This document shows positions 12,100 to 23,412 of a stretch of 64,000 bases of DNA, piece by piece. Within the stretch, counting starts at the first letter, position 1, and every line of letters begins with the position of its first letter. Source of the stretch: Chiloscyllium plagiosum (taxonomy: Eukaryota). The DNA lies in NCBI RefSeq assembly GCF_004010195.1, contig NC_057718.1, positions 100,420,965 through 100,484,964 of the forward strand, in the 5' to 3' direction. The translations under genes and the position numbers were made by a program. Under the pieces are notes generated by a model. It was given only the letters and a program-made list of their open reading frames with translations, ran no database searches and was not told where the DNA came from.

Positions 12100-13050
12100 G
12101 ATCGCATAGGTGCTTCATTCACTTGTTTGAAGGTTTTGTTAATGAAGGTGAAGTGGGAGGTGAGGCACAGGTCCACTAGCTTTAGGATGTTGTCTTTGCT
12201 GATAAAGTTGGTGCTGTCCGATGTTTGTGGTCCTGGTTTTCCTAGTAGTGATGCTAGTGTTTCTTTGGCCAGGTCGATGTTATTTGATGTGAAAAGGGCT
12301 GAAACATCCTAGGAGACCATTATTTCATCCTCTTCTATCTTGGTGTCTTTGATGATGTTCAGGAATTCTTGGGTGGAGTGAATGGGGTGGCGTGAAACTT
12401 CAATTAGGTGTTTTAGTTTTTGGCGGAGTTCTTGGGGACACATATCCCAGGACAGGTGAAACAAAGACACGCACCAGTTTTTTTTTAGATTTCTTACAGC
12501 CTTCAGCCCAACAAGTCCACACCGACCCGCTGAAGCGCAACCCACCCAGACCCATTCCCCGATATTTACCCCTTCACCTAACACTATGGGCAATTTAGCA
12601 TGGCCAATTCACCTAACCTGCACATTTTCGGATTGTGGGAGGAAACCGGAGCACCCGGAGGAAACCCACGCAGACACGAGGAGAGTGTGCAAACTCCACA
12701 CAGAGAGTCGCCTGAGGCGGGAATTGAACCCGGGTCTCTGGCGCTGTGAGGCAGCAGTGCGAACCACTCTACCACCGTGCCGCCCAAAGGCATGGCATTC
12801 TAACCAGAACTCCATCAATAAACACATCGATTTCGACCCTATCTATCTTCCCTGGAAAAAAGTAACTGGAAATGACATCACCCACCTTAAGAAACCAAGA
12901 CCTTTAAATAGAGAGACGGGACATGCCACCAGTGTTTCACCAGAGGCTCACTACCTAGTGGTGAGACTAGGTTTCATCACCATGTTACCTAGTCATGGTG
13001 ATGAAACATCTGAAATCAAATCTTCCAGCTCAGCGAGCTAACTTACATTC
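12100..13050. mobile_element. PLE fragment with 5' inversion: RT piece on -, 3' end on +
   Basis: Minus strand HPIHSTQEFLNIIKDTKIEEDEIMVS is PLE RT-like; plus strand AWHSNQNSINKHIDFDPIY leads into a family C tail. Confidence 0.75.
12486..12785 (-). mobile_element. HE1 (V-SINE superfamily) tRNA-derived SINE
   Basis: Reverse complement gggcggcacggtgg...gggttcaattccc (A/B boxes) plus V domain gtgggtttcctccgggtgctccggtttcctccc. Confidence 0.9.
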
Positions 13051-13204
13051 TTGTTATTCAAAGTAATTTATGGGCTGGATACAGATATTATCAGCACCTC
13101 AGAATGAAAGTTTCAGCAGTAGCTTCCAGTGTGTTTTTCTTGGATCTATTTATCTCCCAGTGACCTGTTGCAGAGTATGTACATTGCAAGCTATTCAGAT
13201 CAAT

Positions 13205-13530
13205 GTAAAATACTGCAGTTGCTAGAGATCTGAAAAAAACCCAGAAATTGCTGGAGAAACTCAACAGGTCTGGCAGCATCTGCGGAGCGAGGAACAGAGT
13301 TAGTGTTTGAGTCCAGTGACCCTTCTGCTGAGCTCGTCAAGATGACACCCTGATTTTAAAAAATCAGTACATAAACCATTTAGTCAGAGTTTCTCAGAGG
13401 GCAGCAACATGTGGTGTCCATCATGGCGTAGTTGGATAAAGAAGGGTCACACCGGTCCAGACACGTTAACTCTGTTCTTCTCCTTCTACAGACCGTTGCC
13501 AGACCTGCTGAGTTTCTCTAGCGTTTACAA
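13205..13530. mobile_element. Fold-back PLE-terminus element (family D)
   Basis: ctggagaaactcaacaggtctggcagcatc, and its inverse ccagacctgctgagtttctc; gaagggtcac...acgttaac is an HHR remnant. Confidence 0.65.
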
Positions 13531-13649
13531 TTTTTATTACATTAAGAGCTGTGTTGTTGATGATGTGATGATCTCCTAGAGTGAGATTACAGAGTGGAGT
13601 GGGTTGAGGATCTCATGGTTACCATTAATATATTATTGTGGGTGAATAT

Positions 13650-13822
13650 CGAAAAGTGTGGCACTGAAAAAGCACAGCAGGTCAGGCAGCATCCAAGGAC
13701 CAGGAGAGTCAACGTCTCAGGCATAAACCCTTCATCAAAGGTCTGAAAGGTTGACTCTCCTGCTCCTCGGATGCTACCTGACCTGCTGTGCTTTTCCAGC
13801 ATCTGCAGTCCTCACCTTTTCC
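13650..13822. mobile_element. Fold-back PLE-terminus element (family A)
   Basis: Inverted arms aaagcacagcaggtcaggcagcatcc and ggatgctacctgacctgctgtgctttt. Confidence 0.75.
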
Positions 13823-14530
13823 TGTTTTGGGTAAGTCACAAGTTACCTTTAATTTGGCAACTTATTAAGTAATCTCACACAGAGTCAAGTAAGTTAAACT
13901 TCATTGCATGTAGCAACCAAAATAAGAGCCCTCAAGTTAGCAACTTCAATAAAGCAACTCAACCTGGCTATTATCCAATTAATGGTGGAATCTGGGCATG
14001 ATTCCAGCCAACAGTGTGTGTCCCTGGAAATGACCAGTGTTCAATCCTTGTGCAATGTTGTTTTTCAAAGTTCTGCTGTTAAATTGTTCTGGTATTGGAT
14101 TCTTATACAATTTTCTCTCTTTCAAGTTTGTGATGTGATGCTACTGTTATTTCAAGATTCTTTTACCCCCAACATGGATGTCGTTTCTGGAGATCTTAAA
14201 TTTGTAGCTCGCTTTGTTCTCAGAAGGAGCTCCCCTTTTCCTGGTTACATTCTGGGTCAGCTGTCTGTTCAGCTTTTCCTGTAATAAACCACTTTACTTC
14301 AGGATGTTCCTTCTGCAAGCAGTCTTCAGCAGGTTATCAAGCAGTGTTACCTCCTGTCTCCCAGGAAACAGGTGCTCCTTCCCACAGGTGATTAGCTGGC
14401 GTGTTATTTATAATTCCTTCCCAGCAGTTTCTCGTTGCTTCTTTCATCTCGAGAAATAGCATTGTTGCTGATTCTCTCAGTCCATGAAGTTACTAAAGTT
14501 GCAGAGTTTACGTTGTCACTGTTCAGAGCA

Positions 14531-14831
14531 CAGGTACACAATCTTTTATCCAAAACCCTTGGGGCCAGTTGTTTTTCGGAATTCGGAATTTTGCGGATTT
14601 CGGAATAAATGACATTTTTCACAATGAAATGAAGAAAAATGAATTACCTCACAACAGACCCATGTGTGAGTAGTATGAGCGCTGAGACACAATTGACCCC
14701 TGTCAATGCTGGGCCATGTCACATTTGAGTGATGTGGTTCGAGTGGGTGCGGAGTTAGGACACCTGTCAGCACATCAAAATGGCGCTCCATATTCCGCAA
14801 AAAAGATTTCGGATAAAGGATTGTGTACCTG
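14531..14831. mobile_element. Tigger/pogo-type MITE (301 bp)
   Basis: TIRs caggtacacaatcttttatccaaaa and tttcggataaaggattgtgtacctg; subterminal tcggaatt repeats. Confidence 0.85.
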
Positions 14832-15724
14832 TCTAATGAAAATAAGCAATTACTTTGAAAAGTCCTTTGACACATCTCCTTGGTGGAGCACTGTACCTTA
14901 AACATCCTCATAGCGAGTGCTTCCGAAACTGTTAGCCACTGTGGCCCCATTTCTGTGCTTTGTGACTGAATTCTGGCCCCTCGGTGAGGTCTGTGTATGC
15001 GGGGGACTGGGGTAGAGAGTGGATGTGTGAGGAGTATAGGGTGCAAGATAGAGCCCATAGAGAGTGCGGGAGGTACCAGGGACAGTGGGTACTGTAACTG
15101 TAGACGGTACATCTGCTTTTGAACTCAGCCAGAGCTCGGCAGTGGCCAATAGCTGCCTCCGAACTTGGTCTTCCAAGATTTTAACTTGGGCCCCCCCCCC
15201 AGCCCCCCATTGGGAGGACCCTTGCTCTAAGCCACCGCATGAAGATGACTGGGATGTGATGTCCAAGAGTTTAATGTCTTCCTTCGTCTGAAGTCTAGGA
15301 GGTAGCTATGTGTGCAATGGGTGCCAAGAAAGAAAGGGAAATAGTGGTAAACAGAAATTATAGCATGTGTAATGAAATAATTTGGGTTAAATAGTTCTCA
15401 TATTTTGTGGAGAAGGCATTACATCACATCCTAATTACGGGACCTTGTTCTTTTTCTTTGAACGTTTTCTTCAAACAGACTTAACAAAAGTATAAACCCA
15501 CATTTATGCAACAGTTCTATAATTAAATCTCCCTCTGCTCACAGCTGGATTAGAAGCCATCCGCACAGAAATATGCAACACCATTGAGGCCATCTCTTCT
15601 TTCTAATTAAATTTACCCAATTCTTCATTTGGTTAATGTGTAATCTCTAGAAAGAAATGTCTGATTTGCTGCAGCATCTTTCATGCTGTCAGGAACTACA
15701 CAGCCCACAAAGTGCTTTTGAGGT

Positions 15725-17322
15725 GTAGTCACTGTAGTTAGTGTAGTCACTGGAGTCACTGTAGTTACTGTAGTTACTGGAGTCATTGTAGTTACTGAAG
15801 TCACTGTTACTAGAGTCACTGTAGTTACTAGAGTTACTGTAGTTACTGGGGTCACTAGCTACTGGAATCATTGTAGTTACTGTAGCTACTGGAGTCACTA
15901 GTCACTGGAATCACTGTTGTTACTGGAGTCACTAGTCACTAGAGTCACTGAAGTTACTATAGTTACTGGAGTTATTGTAGTTATTGTAATTTCTATAGTT
16001 ACTGGGGTCACTGTAGTTACTGGAGTCACTGAAGTTACTACAGTTACTGGAGTCACTGGAGTTACTGTAGCTACTGGAATCATTGTAGTTACTGTGGTTG
16101 TCATGTTACTGGAGTCACTGTTGTTACTGTAGCTACTGGAGTCACTAGTCACTGGAGTCACAAGTTACTTTCCTGAAGAAAGGCTTATGCCCGAAACGTC
16201 GATTCTCCTGTTCCCTGGATGCTGCCTGACCTGCTGCACTTTTCCAGCAACACATTTTCAGCTCGGAGTCACAAGTTACTATAGTTACTGGAGTCACTGT
16301 TGTTACTGTAGTTACTGGAGTCATTGTAGTTATTGTAATTTCTATAGTTAATGGAGTCGCTGCAGCTACTACTGTAGTTAATGGAGTCACTAGTCATTGG
16401 AGTCACTGTAGTTACTATAGTTACTGGAGTCACTGTTGTTACTGTAGTTACTGGAGTCATTGTAGTTATTGTAATTTCTATAGTTAATGGAGTCGCTGCA
16501 GCTACTACTGTAGTTAATGGAGTCACTAGTCATTGGAGTCACTGTAGTTACTATAGTTACTGGAGTCACTGTTGTTACTGTAGTTACTGGAGTCATTGTA
16601 GTTATTGTAATTTCTATAGTTAATGGAGTCGCTGCAGCTACTACTGTAGTTAATGGAGTCACTAGTCATTGGAGTCACTGTAGTTACTATAGTTACTGGA
16701 GTCACTGTTGTTACTGTAGTTACTGGAGTCATTGTAGTTATTGTAATTTCTATAGTTAATGGAGTCGCTGCAGCTACTACTGTAGTTAATGGAGTCACTA
16801 GTCATTGGAGTCACTGTAGTTACTATAGTTACTGGAGTCACTGTTACTGTAGTTACTGGAGTCACTGGAGTCACTGTAGTTACTGGAGTCACTAGTCACT
16901 GGAGTCACTGAAGTTACTATAGTTACTGGAGTCATTGTAGTTATTGTAATTTCTATAGTTACTGGGGTCACTGTAGTTACTGGAGTCACTGGAGTTACTG
17001 TAGCTACTGGAATCATTGTAGTTATTGTGGTTGTCATTGTTACTGGAGTCACTGTTGTCACTGTAGCTACTGGAGTCACTAGTCACTGGAGTCACAAGTT
17101 ACTATAGTTACTGGAGTTGCTGTTGTTGCTATAGCTACTGGAGTCACTGAAGTTACTGGAGTCACTGTAGTTACTATAGTTGCTGGAGTCACTGGAGTTA
17201 TTGTAGTTATTGTAATTTCTATAGTTACTGTAGTTACTATAGTTACTGGAGTCACTGTAGCTGCTAGAGTCACTGGAGTCACTAGTTACTGTAGTTTTTG
17301 GAGTTACTGTAGTTACTGGAGT
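15725..17322. repeat. 9-bp satellite (GTYACTGKA) with a 136-bp higher-order repeat
   Basis: gtcactgga/gttactgta units; four 136-bp copies start at 16275, 16411, 16547 and 16683. Confidence 0.97.
16170..16264 (+). mobile_element. 95-bp hammerhead-bearing PLE-terminus insertion (family A)
   Basis: ttcctgaagaaaggcttatgcccgaaacgtcga...; perfect 16-bp TSD ggagtcacaagttact at 16154-16169 and 16265-16280. Confidence 0.9.
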
Positions 17323-17594
17323 TCTTGGCAGCCAGTTTTGTGCGCAGTCAGCTCCAACAAGTGGCAGTGGGTTGGCGATCCGATCCTCAGTTTCAGTTGT
17401 GTTAGTTGAGGGATAAATAATGACCAGTACTCTGCAGAGACCTCCCCCATCTCCCTCCCCCACCGCCAGCCACCTCTTCCAGTGCTCACGTCAATTTGAG
17501 AGGGCTCATTTTAATGACTCATCTGAGAAACCCGGTACGTACAGCACTGCAGCACTCCCTGGCGACATTGTCTTGTTCTTTTTTTCTTAATTTA

Positions 17595-17943
17595 GGGTGG
17601 CACAGTGCCTCAGTGGTTAGCACTGCTGACTCACAGCACCAGGGACCTGGGTTCGATTCCAGCCTTGGGCAACTGTTTGTATGGAGTTTGCACATTCTCC
17701 CCGTGTCTGCGTGGGTTTCCTCCGGGTGCTCTGTTTCCCTCCAACGATGTCCAGGTTAGGGTGGACTGGCCATGGGAAATTGCCCATTAGTGTTCACAGA
17801 TGTGCAGGCTGGGTGGATTAGTCATGGGAAATGCAAGATTGCAAGGAAGAGATTGGAGGATGGGTCTGGGCAGAATGTTCTTTGGAGAGTCAGTGTGGAC
17901 TTGTTGGGCTGAATGGCCTATTTCCACGCTGTAGGGATTCTAT
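17595..17943 (+). mobile_element. HE1/V-SINE
   Basis: tRNA-like head, V domain and gtagggattctat tail. Confidence 0.9.
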
Positions 17944-18208
17944 AAAATCTGTTCTTTGGATTCTATCTTTATTGCCCTGAGAGCAGTTAAGGATCATTGC
18001 TGTGGGTCTGGAGTCTGATGTAGCCCAGACCAGATAAAGATAGGGCCAGTTTCTTCCCTCAAGAGCATTTGTAAACCAATTGTTTTTCTTCAATAACAAT
18101 TTACAGCAGACACCATTAGGCCAGATTTCAATCCCAGATTTCTGTTGAATTCAAGTTTCACCATCCACCATGGACCCCTAGAATATTAAGTGATGGGGTT
18201 TTGGATTA

Positions 18209-18403
18209 TGGGAGATCCCCAGTTTATAAACGTCTGACTTACGGATGTGATCTCATATAGGGGTGTAATTGTATAGGTCCGGCATATGATCATTTCCTGT
18301 ACTCGTGAATGACTGCTGCCTGTTGTTTCGGACTGTGTTCTGACTTGAGTGCAAATCAGTTTGTCTCAAGGATGGAACTGTGTCACAACCCAGGGACTTA
18401 CTG
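18209..18403. mobile_element. Decayed Tigger-like MITE inserted at TA inside a SINE
   Basis: TA|tgggagatccccagtttataaacgtctgacttacg ... cccagggacttactg|TA; the host reads ttggat-TA-caagttcagcgat across the site. Confidence 0.6.
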
Positions 18404-18828
18404 TACAAGTTCAGCGATATTGCCACCAGCTCCAGACCTCACTGTGTTGGAGTGTCTGCTCAAGTTCATTAGTTAATGAATGAATGGGCACCTCTCCCCA
18501 TCTAAGTTTGTGTGACTTTTACATTGATTGAGCTGCACTTAAAGGATATTTAATAAGGCTTTTGAGAAAGCTGTTTAGTTACAGACACGGTGATTTATTC
18601 ACTGCTTTATTCAGAGCCCCCCACATGGAGGGATTCAGCTCACATAGTCAGCAAAATTACCTTATTCCTAGATGACTGCCTTCCTTATTATAGAGACGAG
18701 TGGTGGTGGTTTAACCTGAGGGTCTCTACTCCTCAGGCAACAGGTGAGAAGGAAGAATCTCTATCGTAACCTCAGCCAGTGCAGGAATTGAACCCACGCT
18801 GTTGTGTGTCTGCATCATAAAACCAGCT

Positions 18829-19023
18829 CAGGAGAAGGTGAGGGCTGCAGATGCTGGAGATCAGAGTCAAAGAGGGTGATGCTGGAAAAGCACAGCAGGT
18901 CAGGCAGCATCCGAGGAGCAGGAGAGTCGACGTTTCAAGCATTCCCCTTGAAGGGCTTATGCCCGAAACGTCGAATGCTGCCTGACCTGCTGTGCTTTTC
19001 CAGTACCATGCTTTTTCAACTCA
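18829..19023. mobile_element. Fold-back PLE-terminus element (family A)
   Basis: 12-bp TSD ataaaaccagct (18817-18828, 19024-19035); contains gggcttatgcccgaaacgtcga. Confidence 0.85.
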
Positions 19024-19805
19024 ATAAAACCAGCTATCCATCTAACTGACACACTCACTCACTCTGCCACAAGTATGACAGCTCCACTTTGCTCCTGCCT
19101 AGCCCTGCTCAGTCACTATCCAGAGACCCCTGGCACAGACGACAGGACCCCACATCAGTTTGAAGACCCCCCGGTCTGGTCAAGGTGCTCAGATCTCTGG
19201 AGTAAACCTCCAAACTCTCAGTCCTGAAGCAGGGTTACACCCGAAATGTCGGACTTCTCTGCCTCTCCTGATGCTGCCTGGCTGGCTGTGTTCTTCCAGC
19301 CTCTTGCCTTGGATTCCAGCATTTGTCCCTAACAAACCTTCAAACTGGCAATCTTCTTACCCGAAGCATGAGTAGAGTTTGAGTCAAAAGGTCCATTAAC
19401 AGAACTCCGTTTGAAAAAAAGTGCGGTATTTCTTTGGGTTTTGTTTTGCATTTTTGACCGTAAGAGAATTGAAAGTGAATCGAAATAAAGATCTTACATG
19501 ACTGGAATGTAATAACTGTAAGAAATCCAGACGTAAATCTAGAAATCAGCCTGAATCTCAGGAGCAGCTGCCCAACCCCTGCTGTGCTCAGTCCACCATT
19601 TTAGAATTATGGTCACCTGGAGTAGTGTCCTATAGCCCCCACTGGTACCTTTATGTGCAGAATATATTATTGAAAACAGGAACTATGTAATGGATATTCC
19701 ATCTGCAGCAGTTACCAATTTGGTTTTATTTCTGATTTTGCATTATTTCTGCTTTGCACAGAAAGCAGAGGTGGGATTTTTGTTTTAAATTGAAAGCATC
19801 GTTTT

Positions 19806-20140
19806 TCATAGAATCCCTACATTGTGGGAGCAAGCCATTCAGCCCGTTGAGTTCCACACTGACCTCTGAAGCGCATCCCACCCAGACCCACTCTCCTACC
19901 CTATCCCTGTAACCCTACATTTCCCTTGGCCAATCCACCCTAGCCTGCACATCCCTGGGCACTACGTGCAATTTAGCATAGCCAATCCACCCTAACTTGC
20001 AGGTTTTTGGACCGTGGGAGGAAACCCACACAGATACAGAGAGAATGTGCAAACTCCACACACATAGCTGCCTGAGGCTGGAATCGAACCTGGGTCCCTG
20101 GGATTGAGGCAGCAGTGCTAAGCACTGAGCTACCTCATCT
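19806..20140 (-). mobile_element. HE1/V-SINE
   Basis: Reverse-complement V domain and tRNA head. Confidence 0.85.
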
Positions 20141-21029
20141 CCAGCCACATGCCCAGTGATCAGTGTATGAATAAAAACCCCATTCAATTTCACCAGCAAA
20201 GAAACGTTGAACAATAGCAGATCGCTTTTTGGTTTTGGTTTGTAAAACAAAATTGTTAAGTTCTAAAATATAGTTTCAATGCAGCCATAAACTTAAACAG
20301 AAAAAAGCAATTAACCATGAAAACATTAAGTTATTTTAAAAGTTAAATACTGTTCAGTTCCAAACCTCTGTGCGCACATTGACCTGTGCTCATGAGAATA
20401 GCAGATTACAAATGAGAAACCTTACAGTGCAAAGGGATTGGAAAATGCAGTCAAAGTTTGAGAGTGTTGTGTTGATAGATTGGTTTAGAAAGGTTTAAGG
20501 AAACACCCCAGACTACGAAATAATAACTCGCACGAGCATACTTAACGGTTGAGAACCAGTTTTCTGGGTCAGGACTGGCGTAAATGAGGAACTATTACTT
20601 TTCCACTGTAATCACAAAAATCTTGCAAATGCATTAAGTATTGAGATAGACAGTCACCTTGGAGCAGAAATTAATCAACTCAGAAAAACAGGTCAGATTG
20701 TTTTTGCCCAATCTGACTCTTGAAATGAGAATAATGTATTTTTCCTTTAACCAGATTTTTAAAAAAAAATATCTTGGAGTTGGATTTTTTTAGACATGTA
20801 TAAATGTGTTGATATGTAAAGCAGATTTTTGTGCTCGGATAGAATGGAAACACTTGGTGATGTGGATCTTACCGAACCTGTCAGACTCCCCTGCCATTCA
20901 CTCTGGAGCTAAACACTCCCCACTGAGCAGGTGGAGAATGGCTGAAAGGTTTCTGCTGTTGACACTGAGTCATAGACCTGATTGTCTACAGCGAGGTGAG
21001 GGTAAATACTGGGTCAAATCCACCTAGGC

Positions 21030-21355
21030 TTCCAATGTGCCTTAAACACAACCGAGAGTTGTGAATACAGTCCAGTCCATCACACAAGTCAACCTTCCAC
21101 CCATTGGCTCCATCTATACTCCCCCCTGCCTGGGGAAAGCAGCCAACACTATCAAAGACCCCTCCCACCCCAGTTATACACTCTTCCATCAGGAAGAAGA
21201 TACAAAAGCTTAAACAGACATGCCAACAGATTCAGGAATGGCTTCTTCCCTGCTGTTATTAGAATGGACCTGTCAAATTTTAAATTTAATGTTGCTCTAA
21301 CTCCCCGTGCACCTTCTCTGCAGCTGTAACATTGTATTTCTCGCTCTGTTCTATT
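21030..21355 (+). mobile_element. Rex1/Babar-type LINE 3' fragment
   Basis: atcaaagacccctcccaccccagttat...ttccatcaggaagaagatac is homologous to the tail in 58959-59507. Confidence 0.65.
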
Positions 21356-23124
21356 CTTGGGTGTTTTTGGAGCTGCCCCCATCCAGGGCAAATGGGGAGT
21401 ATTCCATCACACACTCCTGGCTTGTTCCCTGTAGGTGGTGGACAGGCTTGGAAAGCTTTGAGACAGGCACCCAGAGGCATCAGCAAGTTGTTGCAATTTG
21501 GAATGCACTGCCTGAACCAAGAAGTATGTTTGTTAGTGATGTTATTGAAACATATAAGATCGTGAGGAGTCTTGACAGGGTACGTGCTGAGACTTTGGTT
21601 TATCTTCCAGGATAGTGCAGAAGTAGTTCAAAACTTACGGGTCTTCCATTTAGTGCAGGTGGAAACATTGAATGTTTTCCAGACAAGGTTTGATTGACAG
21701 AGGAGTAGGTGGTTCTGGTGGATAGGGAAAAGAAGCTGGGGTTGAAGCACCTAATAAATACTAGGGCAGCATAGCACCAGGGACCTGGGTTTGATTCCAG
21801 CCTCGGGCGACTATGTAGAGTTTGAACATTCTCCCGTGTCTATATGTATCTTCCCACAGTCCAAAGGAGTGCAGGTCAGGGTGGATTGGCCATGGGAAGT
21901 ACAGGAGGGAGGGATGTATCTGGGTGTAATGTTCTTCAGAGGATCAGCGTGGATTCAATGGGCCCTTCCACACTTCACGTCAGCCCTGAAGAAGAGACAT
22001 CTAGACTCGAAACATTAACTCGCTGTCTCTCTGTGGATGCTGTCTGACCCGCTGTGATCTCCACCATTTGCTGTTTTCAGTACAGATTTCAGCTTCTGCA
22101 GTAATTTGCTCCTCCATTGTTTGATAATGTCAGTAACTCGCCTGCTATTCAGTTCTGCAGCCAGCAATGTGAAAGGGTTTCCTAATTAAAATCACACCAA
22201 CTCATTTCTCTACACTGCCTTCTCTCAGCTTCAGATGGTGGGCAGGAATAACAACTTCTCTAGGGATCGTTAGCTTGTGGCTAAGTTACTGGGAGGTACA
22301 GTCATCCTGGAGTGATTGGGACAGTGGGGTGTTGGGTGGAGTATGTATATGGCAGGGACCCATGCACACATGGCCAACAGATCTGAGAGTCATGTCACTG
22401 GGACCCACACTGACTACCATGGTGGCATGAAGTGAGTGCTATCATTGCTGCCACTTGCAATTCACTCCAAACCACAATTATGTTCCAAAAAGGATATGTA
22501 GAACACATTCTTTTTTTAAAACTTGTCTTAAAGTAAATAATAAGTACCTACGCCAGTATCTTTCAACCAAATTCTGTCCTGAATATCTTCTTTTGAGACT
22601 TGACGTCCAACTTTGTTTTATAGTGTTCCTTTGAAGTGTTGTAGGGCTTTGTTGTAGTTTAGAGATATTAGCTAGAGTTGTGAGGCCAGCTGATGCTAAT
22701 ACTGAGCAAATCAGGTCGTACAATGAAACCTGGTTTGATGGATCATAAGTTTGAATTTTTGTTTACAATGGAAATCAGTTACTGAACGTACTCAGAAGGA
22801 TCCACCAATCTGCTTTCATCGAAGGACCCTAAAAGGGAAAAATAATTATGTTACACTATACAAGAACAATTGGAGAAACTTCATCACAAACATTATCTCA
22901 GCAACACCCTTACAGACACTCATCACCCGTGAAGAGTCCTCCATATCTCCTCAATAAAGCTCCTTCTTCTTCATTTTCTACAGCTGTGATTGGTTTCCTT
23001 TTCACAACTTGCTGCAAGTTCACTAGTTGCTATTTTCTTCAGTTAATGTCTCTCTCAGAGACCCTTAAGGCAAACTGCTAACTCAGTTCACTATTCCTTA
23101 ACATGGGTTCCTTAAACTCCTATC

Positions 23125-23412
23125 GAATCATAGAGTCATACAGCACAGAAATAGACCCTTTGGTCCAACTCATCTATGCCACCCAATATCCTAAATTAAT
23201 CTAGTCCCATTTACCAGCATTCGTCCCATATCCCTCTAAACTCTTCCTATTCATGTGCCCATGTTGGTGCCTTTTAAATATTGTAGTTGTATCAGCCTCC
23301 ACCACTTCCTCTGGCAATTCATTCCACACACATAGCACCCTCTACTTGAAAAAGTTGCCTCTTAGCTCCCTTTTAAATCTTTCCTCTCTCACCTTAAACT
23401 TATGCCCTCTAA
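23125..23412 (-). mobile_element. CR1/HER1 3' fragment
   Basis: Same tail as 44117-44508. Confidence 0.85.

Larger units (their letters stand above)
15655..17562 (-). mobile_element. Deu-domain SINE (SacSINE1/AmnSINE1-like) split by a satellite
   Basis: Left flank aagtgcttttgaggtgtagtcactg; right flank ggcagccagttttgtgcgcag...gcactgcagcactccct; colinear with the copy at 28398-28930. Confidence 0.7.

Noticed and set aside
14860..15300. Minus-strand ORF 14898-15266 as a host exon
   Set aside because: No recognisable homology or convincing splice sites; it includes low-complexity G/C runs.
9645..17322. CRISPR-like interpretation of the arrays
   Set aside because: There are no unique spacers and no cas genes, and the context is vertebrate.
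15625..17463. Mucin-like T/V/P-rich and S/N/Y-rich ORFs
   Set aside because: They are translations of the 9-bp satellite; the 136-bp unit shifts frame with every copy.
17595..17670. tRNA-like sequences at SINE heads
   Set aside because: They continue directly into the V-SINE body, so they are SINE promoters rather than tRNA genes.
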